Of a DNA stretch of 64,000 nucleotides, positions 27,095-36,596 are shown one piece after another; positions within the stretch are counted from its first letter, which is position 1; every line of letters starts with the position of its first letter. The stretch lies in IMG/VR virus record IMGVR_UViG_3300034082_002390, one strand, 5' to 3'. The DNA comes from an uncultured virus (IMG/VR IMGVR_UViG_3300034082_002390) (taxonomy: Duplodnaviria; Heunggongvirae; Uroviricota; Caudoviricetes). Both the position numbers and the translations under genes were made by a program. The notes under the pieces were generated by a model that saw only the letters and a list, made by a program, of their open reading frames with translations, made no database searches and was not told where the DNA came from.

Positions 27095-28207
27095 TTAGAA
27101 AATCAAGGGTAAATTTCTGCGAGAATTGAGATTTTTAGTGGGTGCAACCAGTGCAAGATATTCAGGATTAATTCGTCCAATAATCTGTTTGCATATACTA
27201 GCATCAATAATGTGTTTGATTAACTCATCAATGGGTAACTGAAGCATTATCTTGGTTAATTCTATATCCTTAAATGGAGTGTGAGTTAATGTATTACCCA
27301 AGTGCCAGTATTGATAATCGTTGATATTGGCATCTAGTATTTGTCGAACCAGGTGCATGTATGTGGGATATCTATCACGAATTTCATGCCTGTTTGAATA
27401 TGCGTCTTGGAATATTTTTAAATTTTTAGGCTTGTTAAAATACCCCACATGGTATCCGGTTGACTTTGCTAGTATGTCAACAATGTCAATATCCTGCCAA
27501 GCACACCAGGTGGCTAGGGTATTTGGTCCACGGAGCAGAAACTCGTCTCCACATGCTCCAGTCAATAACATTGTGGGACTACGCCAATGATGTATCTGTC
27601 CGTAACCCCAGTGCCGGGCTCGAATGTCTTCCCAATTAGCATTGGTAAAGGCGTCATACTCAAAGTGTTCATAGTCAACCACATCATGAACAACCCTGTG
27701 TTGTCGTGACAGAGCCAGTATTAATGCAGTATCAATCCCGCCAGACACAAATAATTTTTTTGGCAGATTGGCATAATCTTGTGCAAGGGCCACAAACTTT
27801 GTGCGCAGGTTTTGTTCAATTGCATCCAGACCCTGTTCAAGAGTCAACGATCCAGATCGTAGTTGACCCAGGGCTGGGTGCTTTTTAAATTGTATTCCAG
27901 TTGGTTCAAGAGTAATTTGAGTAGCAGTCCATACCGGTTGCCCAGATCCCAAAAGGTTGGTCAATGTTTCTGTAACGTCATTGTACCACAACGGAAATGA
28001 ACGTTCAGCTTCGTGCACAAGCTGTATAGTTTCACCACTGACTGCTAGTTCTAGAAAATTGCCGCCAGGCAAAGTGTTGTGTCTATAGCCCTTGAACCAA
28101 CCGCTGGCAGTGAGAGACCACCCATTATCATGACTGAACCACCAAGAGGCCAGGCGGTCATGATTGGGCAATCTCTGATCCGGTTGTCGGCTCAGGGTAA
28201 AAAACAT
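27095..28207 (-). CDS. Asparagine-synthetase-like PP-loop ATP pyrophosphatase
   Basis: LFVSGGIDT, LTGACGDE and TPF motifs. Confidence 0.65.
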   Translation of the reverse strand: MFFTLSRQPDQRLPNHDRLASWWFSHDNGWSLTASGWFKGYRHNTLPGGNFLELAVSGETIQLVHEAERSFPLWYNDVTETLTNLLGSGQPVWTATQITLEPTGIQFKKHPALGQLRSGSLTLEQGLDAIEQNLRTKFVALAQDYANLPKKLFVSGGIDTALILALSRQHRVVHDVVDYEHFEYDAFTNANWEDIRARHWGYGQIHHWRSPTMLLTGACGDEFLLRGPNTLATWCAWQDIDIVDILAKSTGYHVGYFNKPKNLKIFQDAYSNRHEIRDRYPTYMHLVRQILDANINDYQYWHLGNTLTHTPFKDIELTKIMLQLPIDELIKHIIDASICKQIIGRINPEYLALVAPTKNLNSRRNLPLIF

Positions 28208-28827
28208 TAGCGTTTGGCCAAAATCTTGTCAGCAAGCCCGTATGCCACAGCTTCTTCTGCACTCAAGAACGTGTCAAACTTCATGGTGTTAAATAACTCG
28301 TCGTATGTTTTGCCTGCTGTGTTGTGACGCACATACAATTCTGTCAGACGCTTGTTAATACGAACGCTTTCTTCAAAGATACGTTTGGAATCTTCAAACT
28401 GCAAATCTTGTACATGCACTGATCCACGGGTGCCGGGCGTACCTGAACTAACACGGTGAATCATTGTGCGAGATTCAGGCAGCACAATACGTTTGCCGGG
28501 GGCGCCGGCTTGTGCTAGAAAACTGCCCATGCTGGCAGCTTGGCCCATTACAATGGTTTGCACGTCGGGTTTGATAAACTGCATGGTGTCGTAAATGGCC
28601 AGACCCGCTGTGACATTTCCGCCAGGGCTATTGATGTAAAAACTAATGTCTTTTTCTGGATCTTCGCTTTCCAAAAACAACAACTGCGCCACCAGTAGGC
28701 TGGCAGTGTGCTCGTTCACATCGGTATCTAGCATGATGATTCGATCTTTGAGCAAGCGACTGTAAATATCGTAACTGCGTTCACCTTTTGCAGTTTGTTC
28801 AACAACCATGGGGATTAAACTTGGCAT
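28207..28827 (-). CDS. clpP: ATP-dependent Clp protease proteolytic subunit
   Basis: [30 protein letters not shown] (Ser) and MIH (His). Confidence 0.95.
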   Translation of the reverse strand: MPSLIPMVVEQTAKGERSYDIYSRLLKDRIIMLDTDVNEHTASLLVAQLLFLESEDPEKDISFYINSPGGNVTAGLAIYDTMQFIKPDVQTIVMGQAASMGSFLAQAGAPGKRIVLPESRTMIHRVSSGTPGTRGSVHVQDLQFEDSKRIFEESVRINKRLTELYVRHNTAGKTYDELFNTMKFDTFLSAEEAVAYGLADKILAKR

Positions 28828-28943
28828 TGTGTTCCTTGTAAATAATGCGGTCTCTAGTAGACTGTGAAGTAATTATACATGATTTTTGCAGTCAGCGCAA
28901 TAGTTTCACTGCTCATATAGCTCAAAACAATAAATACTCTACT

Positions 28944-30323
28944 ATGCAAATAACAGATCTAACCGAAGCATCACTTGCTGCCTCCGAAATCCCCCCAAAC
29001 AAGGCCAGTGCAGTTGCCAACCCAAAAACTGGCAAACCATTCACTCGCACAGAATTGTTTCTATACAAAGTAATGAGTGGATCACCATTTACCAAGGTAA
29101 GCGGCGGTGAAGTAACCATTGATCCCAAAGAAGCAAAGAATGTCAAGACTTGGCTGCAAACCGGGCCTAGGGGCGTGATAAAACTCAACACTATTGATCC
29201 AGCAACCAAGCAGGTGAATGGTCAGATTAAAAATAACGAATTACAAAAAACTGTGGAGTTTGGCAGCAAAGAGAGCGAAGGCATCCCTGTTAAACCTGCA
29301 GATGTATTTCCCAGTCAGGACGTGGATCCAGAAAAATTAGAAACTGGTGTTGCTAGCATACTAGATTACGGTGGCTTTCCTGCCAGCGAGTTGTACAATA
29401 AAATTGTCAATTCTCACTTGAAAGATCTAGGACAAGTTGGCGATGCTGTGATTGCCATGGCCAAGCAAATTTCTCAAAAGCAGGTACCAACAGTGCCACA
29501 AAATCTCAGTGCACAAGAACAAAAGGCCATTGAGCTCTATGCCAGCGAATTTCTTGGTGTGATGAGTGTGTTAAATGGCGTGGCAGATTTTCCCAAGCGT
29601 GATGCATTCTTGGACTGGGTGGGTCAAGACCTGGGCAGTTTACTATTGTATTTTCCCAAGAACACCAGTAACCCCATTGCGGATAGTTATGGCTTGTTGA
29701 ATAGACAAACCGGTAATGCTCTTGCCATGAGCAGCAAGGCTGCCGGCAAAGGAGCGCCGCCTGCACTGACTTCCTTAAAGGTGCCACCATTCTTGGCAAA
29801 GAAATATCCTGAAGCCTACAGTTTCATCAAAGAAGCACAAGACCCATCACTTAGTGGTGTGTCACAACCGTTTGCATTGATGAACTGGTTGTATCAATAC
29901 AGCCCCGAATTGGTACCTGAAGTATGGCGTCCATATTTGCCTTGGCAACCCGACGAAGTGCAAGACATTGTGACCAGTTTTAAAAAACAGGGAGGAAGTT
30001 TACCTCCAAAATTGATGAAGGCAGCCAGTGCTAGATTGAGTCCGCAAGTGGCAAATGGCAATGCCACAGATGGTGGCAAAGTATACTATGCAGTGATTAA
30101 TGATGTTATGAAATTGGTCAATGCTGGGGCAGTGCCCAATTTCCGCGAAGCTGTCTTGACCAGCTTGGGATTCAACTTTGTTCAAATTTACAGCAATATC
30201 AAGAATGGTAAATTGATCACAAAGGCCTTCTGGCCAGCCAAGGTTGATGGAAAGGTTTCACTCAAGACCAAGAGTTCGGCCCAGGAAGACAAGGGCAAAA
30301 TTAGTTATCAGGTCAGCGACTGA
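28944..30323 (+). CDS. Hypothetical late protein, possible PD-(D/E)xK-like domain
   Basis: TAAATA at 28931-28936; N-terminus MQITDLTEA; PIADSY...AMSSKA motif. Confidence 0.6.
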   Translation: MQITDLTEASLAASEIPPNKASAVANPKTGKPFTRTELFLYKVMSGSPFTKVSGGEVTIDPKEAKNVKTWLQTGPRGVIKLNTIDPATKQVNGQIKNNELQKTVEFGSKESEGIPVKPADVFPSQDVDPEKLETGVASILDYGGFPASELYNKIVNSHLKDLGQVGDAVIAMAKQISQKQVPTVPQNLSAQEQKAIELYASEFLGVMSVLNGVADFPKRDAFLDWVGQDLGSLLLYFPKNTSNPIADSYGLLNRQTGNALAMSSKAAGKGAPPALTSLKVPPFLAKKYPEAYSFIKEAQDPSLSGVSQPFALMNWLYQYSPELVPEVWRPYLPWQPDEVQDIVTSFKKQGGSLPPKLMKAASARLSPQVANGNATDGGKVYYAVINDVMKLVNAGAVPNFREAVLTSLGFNFVQIYSNIKNGKLITKAFWPAKVDGKVSLKTKSSAQEDKGKISYQVSD

Positions 30324-30900
30324 CCGGGCGGCTCACACTTGCCACTAGATCGCAGATGCCATGAGTCAGTGCTTCTTGTGCCGACAAATACACATCTTGC
30401 GGTGGCAGTAACACTCGTTGAATTTCTTCAAGAGATAGGCCTGTGCAAGTCTTGTACAGTTCTATCATTCTCTGTTGTGTAAGTTCAAATTCTTTCACTG
30501 TGGCAAACAACTCATGTACCTTGCCCGAACTTCCCCAGCTGAACTGATGACTCAGGATACTGGTATTGGGTGTTAGAATTCTGCGTCCGGGAGTGCCGGC
30601 AATAAAAATACAAAGTCCAGCACTGGCAATCTGTCCCAGGCCCACTGTCTTGATGGGAATCGATGATGAATTCATCACGTCAATCAATGCAAATGCAGAT
30701 GACAAATCCCCACCCTCACTACAGATCATCAACAATAATTCCTTGTGTTTCTTCTTGCGAACAAGGGTTTCATGTAATATCCACTCTATCACTGGACGAA
30801 CACTGTCATCTTCAATTTGATCCATAAGGACCATGATTCCCGAATCATTCAAGGATTGAGTGTGTGTTTCAAATGCTGGAAGTTCTTTTTCTTGAGTCAT
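30313..30900 (-). CDS. clpP: Second, divergent ClpP-family protease
   Basis: ICSEGG, GLGQIASAG (Ser), SHQF (His) and DVYLSAQEAL..GICD. Confidence 0.85.
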   Translation of the reverse strand: MTQEKELPAFETHTQSLNDSGIMVLMDQIEDDSVRPVIEWILHETLVRKKKHKELLLMICSEGGDLSSAFALIDVMNSSSIPIKTVGLGQIASAGLCIFIAGTPGRRILTPNTSILSHQFSWGSSGKVHELFATVKEFELTQQRMIELYKTCTGLSLEEIQRVLLPPQDVYLSAQEALTHGICDLVASVSRPVSR

Positions 30901-30997
30901 GGTCTATATAATCTACGTGTGGTTGGGCTAAATCAATATTTTACAGCATGTCCAATATTTCTTCTAGTACTTATGTGGTCAATAAGTGTAGCTCTGA

Positions 30998-32035
30998 CTA
31001 ACAACGCCCATTTCGAATAACCTGTATTTCAATCCGGTCCAGGTCCTGGGCTGGATTTTTGCCCAAATCCACCGACACAATGAATCTTTTGCTACGCACT
31101 GAATCAATATGCACTTCTTGCCCACCAATTTCTGCATAATACCAAGGTGCATACTGGGCATGAGATAATTCAGCCACAGCAAAGCAGTGCTGATATTGCA
31201 CTGTGTTTTGTGTGTCCTTGATGGAGACCTGCACTCGCGGCCCCGACAATATCATTTCTCGTTGAATCAAATCGTACACCGCAGTATCATCATAAAAACT
31301 GGTGGCACGGCCCAGGACAGATACTACACTGGTGGTTTGACATTGGATAAACCACTTGCCGCAATCACTTCTTTGATTGGTGGCTTTCACAGCCTCGGCC
31401 AGACTGTTGATGTATTTTGAATTCCACGATATTGTGAATGGTATTTGTAAATGTCCTTGGTGACCAGGAACAACCAGCACTTGTGTTTTTCCAATAACAA
31501 TATCAAATGCACGAGCAGGATAGTCAGCCAGCACAGATCCCAATAGGGTCATTGCAGTTGTTCTCTCTTGCTGGATAGTGTGTAATTGTACACTGACCCG
31601 ATTTCCGTCAACGGTTCCTGCATCACGACTGACATTTAGCAACCGTTTGCTCAGTGCACTGTGACTGACCCAGACACGCATTGACATGCGCACCTGATTG
31701 CCCACCTGTTGCTGGTTTAATATTTCATAGTCACTCACATAGCCAGCGGCGTATGTAATAATTTCATTGCGTCGAATACGAGACTGTTCAACTTCAGTTT
31801 CACTTGTGACAATGGTTCCAACTGCACGTTCCACTGCCATTTGGAATCCAGTTTTACGTGCTTGATCAACTGTGACACCGGTGGACGTTACGTCAACTTG
31901 AAACACCCTCTGGCGATCCTTGAGAACCCATTGCGCCAAAGTGATGCCAACTCCCAATGGGGTTGGTTGGTAAGATATACCGGCATCTGCATAGATGCTG
32001 ACTGCGCACAGCAGACCAGCAATTGTGCGCTTCAT
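30998..32035 (-). CDS. Secreted/periplasmic protein (LPP20-like domain)
   Basis: Signal peptide; G.T..QAR......AVE.A.G..V.SE pattern. Confidence 0.55.
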   Translation of the reverse strand: MKRTIAGLLCAVSIYADAGISYQPTPLGVGITLAQWVLKDRQRVFQVDVTSTGVTVDQARKTGFQMAVERAVGTIVTSETEVEQSRIRRNEIITYAAGYVSDYEILNQQQVGNQVRMSMRVWVSHSALSKRLLNVSRDAGTVDGNRVSVQLHTIQQERTTAMTLLGSVLADYPARAFDIVIGKTQVLVVPGHQGHLQIPFTISWNSKYINSLAEAVKATNQRSDCGKWFIQCQTTSVVSVLGRATSFYDDTAVYDLIQREMILSGPRVQVSIKDTQNTVQYQHCFAVAELSHAQYAPWYYAEIGGQEVHIDSVRSKRFIVSVDLGKNPAQDLDRIEIQVIRNGRC

Positions 32036-32036
32036 G

Positions 32037-32714
32037 TCATTGACTCATCAATGTTCGTAAATTTTGACGGATAGGAGTGTGTTTCTCATCCCACCGATAC
32101 ACAACTCGCACAGTTTTGCCGTTGTTGATTATATCGCTTTCGACCAGGTACAGGCCGCCAAGAATACCTTGATTGCGTACTGAAATGTTTGTTCGCACAC
32201 GACTGGCAATACTCAGGGCATCGTTGCGGATGGCCACATTTTGTTCTGAATTAAGTTCACCTTTGTTGTCCGAATCATCATCACTGGCAATACTTGCAAC
32301 TTCATCACGACTCTTGTTTGTTGCAAATTTGTTTGTTTTGTTGTCGCGAGCCTTTTCCAAGTTGCGGCTGATCATCAACACTGAAGTAGAACTGGTGATA
32401 GTTTCCTTGTTGATAAAATCATTCAGTGCTTTCTTGGCTTCAAGTTCGGCAACTCTAAATGCCTCACGCGATGCATTCTGACTTCCGCCCCAGACTGGTG
32501 CATATCCTGTGGTTTCAATTGCTTCCAATTTGCCCGACCAAGAATACACAATTTTGACCCCTTGACGCTTGAAGTTATTTGTGAGTTTCTGTTCACTGAT
32601 GGCCTGCTGTGGACCAGCCGGGATAGCATCCTTTGATGATACGTCAGCTAACCTGGTTGATCCACAAGCGGTCAACATAGCAACAACAGGTATTAGCAAT
32701 AGAGTTTTTTTCAT
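32037..32714 (-). CDS. Lipoprotein
   Basis: MKKTLLLIPVVAMLTAC lipobox. Confidence 0.75.
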   Translation of the reverse strand: MKKTLLLIPVVAMLTACGSTRLADVSSKDAIPAGPQQAISEQKLTNNFKRQGVKIVYSWSGKLEAIETTGYAPVWGGSQNASREAFRVAELEAKKALNDFINKETITSSTSVLMISRNLEKARDNKTNKFATNKSRDEVASIASDDDSDNKGELNSEQNVAIRNDALSIASRVRTNISVRNQGILGGLYLVESDIINNGKTVRVVYRWDEKHTPIRQNLRTLMSQ

Positions 32715-32715
32715 T

Positions 32716-32838
32716 TTATTTTCCCGACATTTTGTCTTTAGTATAATCAGCAACTGATGAAATATCTTTGCCAAGCCCCGACACAGTTGAGCATGCGGCT
32801 AGTGTACTCGACAACACAAGTGCTATAAAGATTTTCAT
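32716..32838 (-). CDS. Entericidin EcnA/B-like small lipoprotein (40 aa, not in ORF track)
   Basis: Manual translation MKIFIALVLSSTLAACSTVSGLGKDISSVADYTKDKMSGK: lipobox plus CxTxxGxGKDI. Confidence 0.7.
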   Translation of the reverse strand: MKIFIALVLSSTLAACSTVSGLGKDISSVADYTKDKMSGK

Positions 32839-32963
32839 TTTGCTAGATCCTGACTATGTGTTTTAACTGTGTCAACACCCTTGTCCAGCATCCGAGCAAT
32901 ACCAGAAAACCCCACTGTGGCCAAAATTAGCCCAAAAACTGTGCCAACAATAAAATTACGCAT
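32835..32963 (-). CDS. Small membrane peptide (42 aa, not in ORF track)
   Basis: MRNFIVGTVFGLILATVGFSGIARMLDKGVDTVKTHSQDLAK; AGGAG RBS and ATGA coupling. Confidence 0.6.
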   Translation of the reverse strand: MRNFIVGTVFGLILATVGFSGIARMLDKGVDTVKTHSQDLAK

Positions 32964-33006
32964 GATGCATCTCCTTGGTTACTAAAGAAAAAATCCTGTT
33001 ATGCGT

Positions 33007-33035
33007 ATAATAGCACAACAGGATTTATTTGTCAA
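33007..33035 (-). promoter_or_regulatory. Sigma70-type promoter of the lipoprotein operon
   Basis: TTGACA-17-TATTAT. Confidence 0.7.
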
Positions 33036-33059
33036 GTGCTCTTAAAGAGCACTGGGTTA

Positions 33060-33335
33060 TTACTTTTTGGTTGTAGTAGCTGTGTAAGCTTTCATGATAC
33101 CTTCACCAAATTTGGTGTAGTCGAACTTCATGGCATTCTGGCTTGCTTTGACCATTTCAGAACTGATTGTGGTAAATGTATCAATACCAACTTTTGCAGC
33201 CTTTTTGGTGTAGTCTGCTTGGGCGTCAATGAACTCATTCATGGCCTTGGCTGCTGTTTCGTTTTGTACAAAAGTCTTGACAAAAGTCTTTTTACCGGTT
33301 TGAACGGTGTCGATGATTGCGTCTGCTGTAAACAT
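33060..33335 (-). CDS. Phasin-like small helical protein
   Basis: Ala/Thr/Lys-rich amphipathic 91-aa protein; PhaR-like box upstream. Confidence 0.5.
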   Translation of the reverse strand: MFTADAIIDTVQTGKKTFVKTFVQNETAAKAMNEFIDAQADYTKKAAKVGIDTFTTISSEMVKASQNAMKFDYTKFGEGIMKAYTATTTKK

Positions 33336-33341
33336 ATAATT

Positions 33342-33393
33342 CTCCTATTAAGCGAGTTTACTACAGGACCCGGCCTATCCAGCGTCCTATGTA
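33342..33393 (-). promoter_or_regulatory. ROSE-like RNA thermometer in the 5' UTR
   Basis: 5' hairpin, then CUC-G-CU/AGGAG hairpin with a bulged G sequestering the SD. Confidence 0.55.
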
Positions 33394-33411
33394 CTATTAT
33401 ATATGATATCT

Positions 33412-33428
33412 ATGTTGCATTGCAACAT
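33412..33428. promoter_or_regulatory. PhaR-type operator palindrome ATGTTGCA-T-TGCAACAT
   Basis: Perfect 8-bp-arm palindrome with a TGC-N3-GCA core over the -35 region (TATAAT at 33401-33396). Confidence 0.55.
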
Positions 33429-33501
33429 AAATTTCTAGTGTTTGATCACTAATTTTTGGTATAAACCTTGTGAACAATAAATAAAAACATAGGAGAACAC
33501 T

Positions 33502-33807
33502 ATGTTTAACAAAATTAAAGAATTATTGTTTGGTAAACCAGCTCAGACTGTTGCTGAAGTACCTTACAAGGTTGAAACACCTGTGGTGGACACTGCTGAT
33601 ATTGCTCTGGCACAACTGCCTGCCGGCGGCGCAGAAATTGCAGACCGAACTACTCAAGCAGTGGTTGAAGGATCTACAAACAGGGTAGAAAAACCTGCGG
33701 CCAAGGCAGCATCACCTGCGGCCAAGGCACCTGTCAAGAAGCAACAGTTTGAAAAGAAAGCAGCGCCACCAAAACCTCGAGTACCCCGAAAACCTGTTGC
33801 AAAATAA
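33502..33807 (+). CDS. Ala/Lys/Pro-rich hypothetical protein
   Basis: TAAATA at 33478-33483, AGGAG RBS and downstream terminator. Confidence 0.7.
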   Translation: MFNKIKELLFGKPAQTVAEVPYKVETPVVDTADIALAQLPAGGAEIADRTTQAVVEGSTNRVEKPAAKAASPAAKAPVKKQQFEKKAAPPKPRVPRKPVAK

Positions 33808-33830
33808 AAAGCCCCGAAAGGGGCTTTTTT
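33806..33830. terminator. Bidirectional Rho-independent terminator
   Basis: AAAAAGCCCC-GAAA-GGGGCTTTTTT between convergent genes. Confidence 0.88.
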
Positions 33831-33887
33831 ATAAGTGCTGGTTACGCAAATCCAGCGACACGCTATTTTGTGTCCGATTTCTAAGTA

Positions 33888-34643
33888 TTAATCAATTGCT
33901 TGGCTGACTAGATGCGCCCAGGCTCGATTGGTTTCAATGCCCGGATGGAATTTATCACCGTTGTAGTCGTTGGCTGCATAAGCCATTTCATAGATACCGT
34001 TGCGTTGCGAATCAGAGAAAATCCATCTTGCCCAGTCTATGTCATGAATCAAGGGCTGTAGTTCTGGATATTTCAGCACACCAAAATCTCCATTGGGACT
34101 ACAATGATCTTGATGGTGCCAGTAGTTCACATAGCTCATGAAATGGTAGGGTATGCCCCGAGCTTTGAGAAAATTCTGAGTTTTAACAATCTCCAGGAGA
34201 TTGGTATGAGCCAGACTGAGATTTGAGCTAACACGATACATAGGCTTGAACAAGTCTGTAGCATCTGAATTCAATGTCCAGGGACCAAGAAACCCACCAC
34301 TAAAAATATAGCCTAGGGTATTAGGGCCTGACTCCATCCGTCGATAAAACTTGTATCTATCAAACAGTGCATGCAAGCTGGGTGTGCTGATGTCAGTTAA
34401 AAAATCTAACCTGCTAACGCCCGACCACATGATCAGCACATGATCTGTTGTGCCAGGATTTTGTAACACGTGCCTAACTACACTGTTGGCTATGTACAGG
34501 TTGCCTGCGCCAGGCTCAGCTAGATTAGTAATCTCAAAATCTGGGCGCAGTTGTTGTAATGGAGTGGGCCAACATACATTTTTCGGACTGCCTGGATGTT
34601 CGGGCCAGTGTGTAAAACTGCAACCAGATATGAGTATTTGCAT
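33888..34643 (-). CDS. SGNH/GDSL-like hydrolase-fold protein
   Basis: ISGCSFT, NLAEPGAGN and DKFHP (DxxH). Confidence 0.6.
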   Translation of the reverse strand: MQILISGCSFTHWPEHPGSPKNVCWPTPLQQLRPDFEITNLAEPGAGNLYIANSVVRHVLQNPGTTDHVLIMWSGVSRLDFLTDISTPSLHALFDRYKFYRRMESGPNTLGYIFSGGFLGPWTLNSDATDLFKPMYRVSSNLSLAHTNLLEIVKTQNFLKARGIPYHFMSYVNYWHHQDHCSPNGDFGVLKYPELQPLIHDIDWARWIFSDSQRNGIYEMAYAANDYNGDKFHPGIETNRAWAHLVSQAID

Positions 34644-34656
34644 TTTTGTGTTTGAT

Positions 34657-35661
34657 TTACTTGATCTGTGTCCAAACACGCTCACGGATCTGTTTTGTCA
34701 AACTGTCCGGCAATGCTACATAGTCTAAGTCTGCGGCATCTTTCTTGCCGTTCTTAAATGCCCAATCAAAGAACTTTAGTACTTCATCACTGTTAGCTTT
34801 GTTGGCAGGAGTCTTATACATGATAATGAAACTTGCTGAACTCACAGGCCAAGCATTAGGATTCTTTTGATCCACAATACTCAGGCCCATACCAGGCACG
34901 CTAAACCAATCAGCACCATCTGCGGCTGCGGCAAATGTTAAGTCATCTGGACTAACATACTTGCCACTCTTGTTCTGTAGTTGTAGGAATGTCATATTGT
35001 TTTTCTTAACATACGCATATTCTACATAACCTATTGAACCTTTGATGCGGTTCACGTTGGCAGCAACACCTTCATTGCCCTTGCCACCCACTGAACTAGC
35101 AGCAGGCCATTTAACAGCAGCGCCACGACCTACACGTTGTAGCCACTCAGGACTTACTGTGGCCAAATAGTCTGTCCAATTGAATGTTGTTCCACTACCG
35201 TCTGCACGATGTACAATGGTGATGTTTTCGTTAGGCAGGTTCTTACCTGGATTCAATGCTGCTAATTTAGGATCATTCCACTTGGTGATGTTGCCCATAA
35301 ACACTTCGGCCATGACTGGTCCAGTGATGCGTAGTTCGCCTGGCTTGAAACCGTCTAAGTTGACAACAGGAACTGTTCCGCCAATGATGGCAGGAAACTG
35401 TACTTGTCCCATCTTGTCTAAGTTCTCACCACTGACAGGTGCGTCTGTAGCACCAAAGTCTACGGTCTTTGCGTTGATTTGTCTAATACCACCTGAACTA
35501 CCGATGCTTTGATAGTTCATACCAGTACCTGTGGCTTTTTTGTAGCCTTCAGCCCACTTGGCATAGATCGGAAATGGGAAGGTAGCGCCTGCTCCAGTAA
35601 TGTCTGCGGCTTGTGCTGACATTGTTAATGCGGCTAATAAAATTGCTAGTAATTTGTTCAC
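34657..35661 (-). CDS. pstS: Phosphate ABC transporter substrate-binding protein
   Basis: ITGAGATFPFPIY, YQSIGSSGGI, DFGATD and HRADGSGTT; signal peptide. Confidence 0.96.
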   Translation of the reverse strand: MNKLLAILLAALTMSAQAADITGAGATFPFPIYAKWAEGYKKATGTGMNYQSIGSSGGIRQINAKTVDFGATDAPVSGENLDKMGQVQFPAIIGGTVPVVNLDGFKPGELRITGPVMAEVFMGNITKWNDPKLAALNPGKNLPNENITIVHRADGSGTTFNWTDYLATVSPEWLQRVGRGAAVKWPAASSVGGKGNEGVAANVNRIKGSIGYVEYAYVKKNNMTFLQLQNKSGKYVSPDDLTFAAAADGADWFSVPGMGLSIVDQKNPNAWPVSSASFIIMYKTPANKANSDEVLKFFDWAFKNGKKDAADLDYVALPDSLTKQIRERVWTQIK

Positions 35662-35687
35662 GGTGAATCTCCTTGTTGTGACAAACT

Positions 35688-35722
35688 TATTTAGGCTAAA
35701 TCATGTTACAATTTTGTTACAA
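35688..35722 (-). promoter_or_regulatory. Pho-box-like tandem repeat + 11 bp + TAAATA (pstS promoter)
   Basis: TTGTAAC-AAAA-TTGTAAC (35722-35705), 11-nt spacer, TAAATA (35693-35688). Confidence 0.75.
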
Positions 35723-35724
35723 AA

Positions 35725-36441
35725 CTATGACCAGTATTTAGATGAATCTAACCGGTCCCAATATGCTTTATTGTTACGGTTGACAAAATTTTTGATTAGG
35801 TATTTGCCCATGCCAAGATATCCCATCTTTTTGAATCTACGACTATCCTGCCCAAAGTGATGACGAACAATTCTAAACTTTTTAGGACTGTATTTGCGAC
35901 TTAAGAAGAAATCTTCGCTGGTGGAAAACTGTTCAGGGAAGCCGCCAAACTCTTCAAAACGATCTCTGCGTGTTAGCATAAATGCTCCAACGGCAAAAGG
36001 GGAGAAGAATTTTAGTGTGTGATTGATTACGTTAAATGCTGTAAATCCAATCATGGCTCTTGGGTCTCGATCATAACATTTGATGTTTAATCCAATGAGG
36101 TCTAGATTCCTAGACTCTATCATATTAACAGCATCGTGGATAACAGTATCCTTGAAGAAGCGAACATCAGCATCAATGAACAAGATGTAAGGAGTAGTGA
36201 CTAGCTTGGCTCCGCGGTTCTTTGCAACAGATACAGGACCACCGTCGATAACTTCAACATTCAGTTCACCTTTCATTATTTGAATAACTTCGCGTGTGTT
36301 GTCGGTTGAGCAGTCAGCAATGATAATTCTGGTGTTGCCTATGGATTGCTGACGCAAGTGCATTAGCAAATGTGCAATGTAGTTTTCCTCATTCTTGCAA
36401 GGAACTACAATGGTAATTTTATCGCTTATTGTCGTTTGCAT
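35725..36441 (-). CDS. Family 2 glycosyltransferase
   Basis: IVVPCKNEE, IIADCSTD, LFIDAD (DxD) and SED. Confidence 0.9.
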   Translation of the reverse strand: MQTTISDKITIVVPCKNEENYIAHLLMHLRQQSIGNTRIIIADCSTDNTREVIQIMKGELNVEVIDGGPVSVAKNRGAKLVTTPYILFIDADVRFFKDTVIHDAVNMIESRNLDLIGLNIKCYDRDPRAMIGFTAFNVINHTLKFFSPFAVGAFMLTRRDRFEEFGGFPEQFSTSEDFFLSRKYSPKKFRIVRHHFGQDSRRFKKMGYLGMGKYLIKNFVNRNNKAYWDRLDSSKYWS

Positions 36442-36596
36442 TGTCCTTCTACCTTAAAATTATTAAACTTTAGCTGCCATTTCATTGACGCCAAGGTCAT
36501 CTCGCAACTTAGTTGATCTTTGAATGTTAGTTCTATTCTTCCGGGAATGTCCTGAGGGTTGTTCACGTGAACTGCTATCAGTATCAGTAGCCACAT
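36426..36596 (-). CDS. Small secreted/membrane protein overprinted on the plcP 3' end (56 aa, not in ORF track)
   Basis: AAGGAGA RBS; MWLLILIAVHVNNPQDIPGRIELTFKDQLSCEMTLASMKWQLKFNNFKVEGQCKRQ. Confidence 0.6.
   Translation of the reverse strand: MWLLILIAVHVNNPQDIPGRIELTFKDQLSCEMTLASMKWQLKFNNFKVEGQCKRQ

Noticed and set aside
33835..33887. Possible HDV-like (theta) or hammerhead ribozyme
   Set aside because: It lacks the nested pseudoknot order and the CUGAUGA/GAAA cores.
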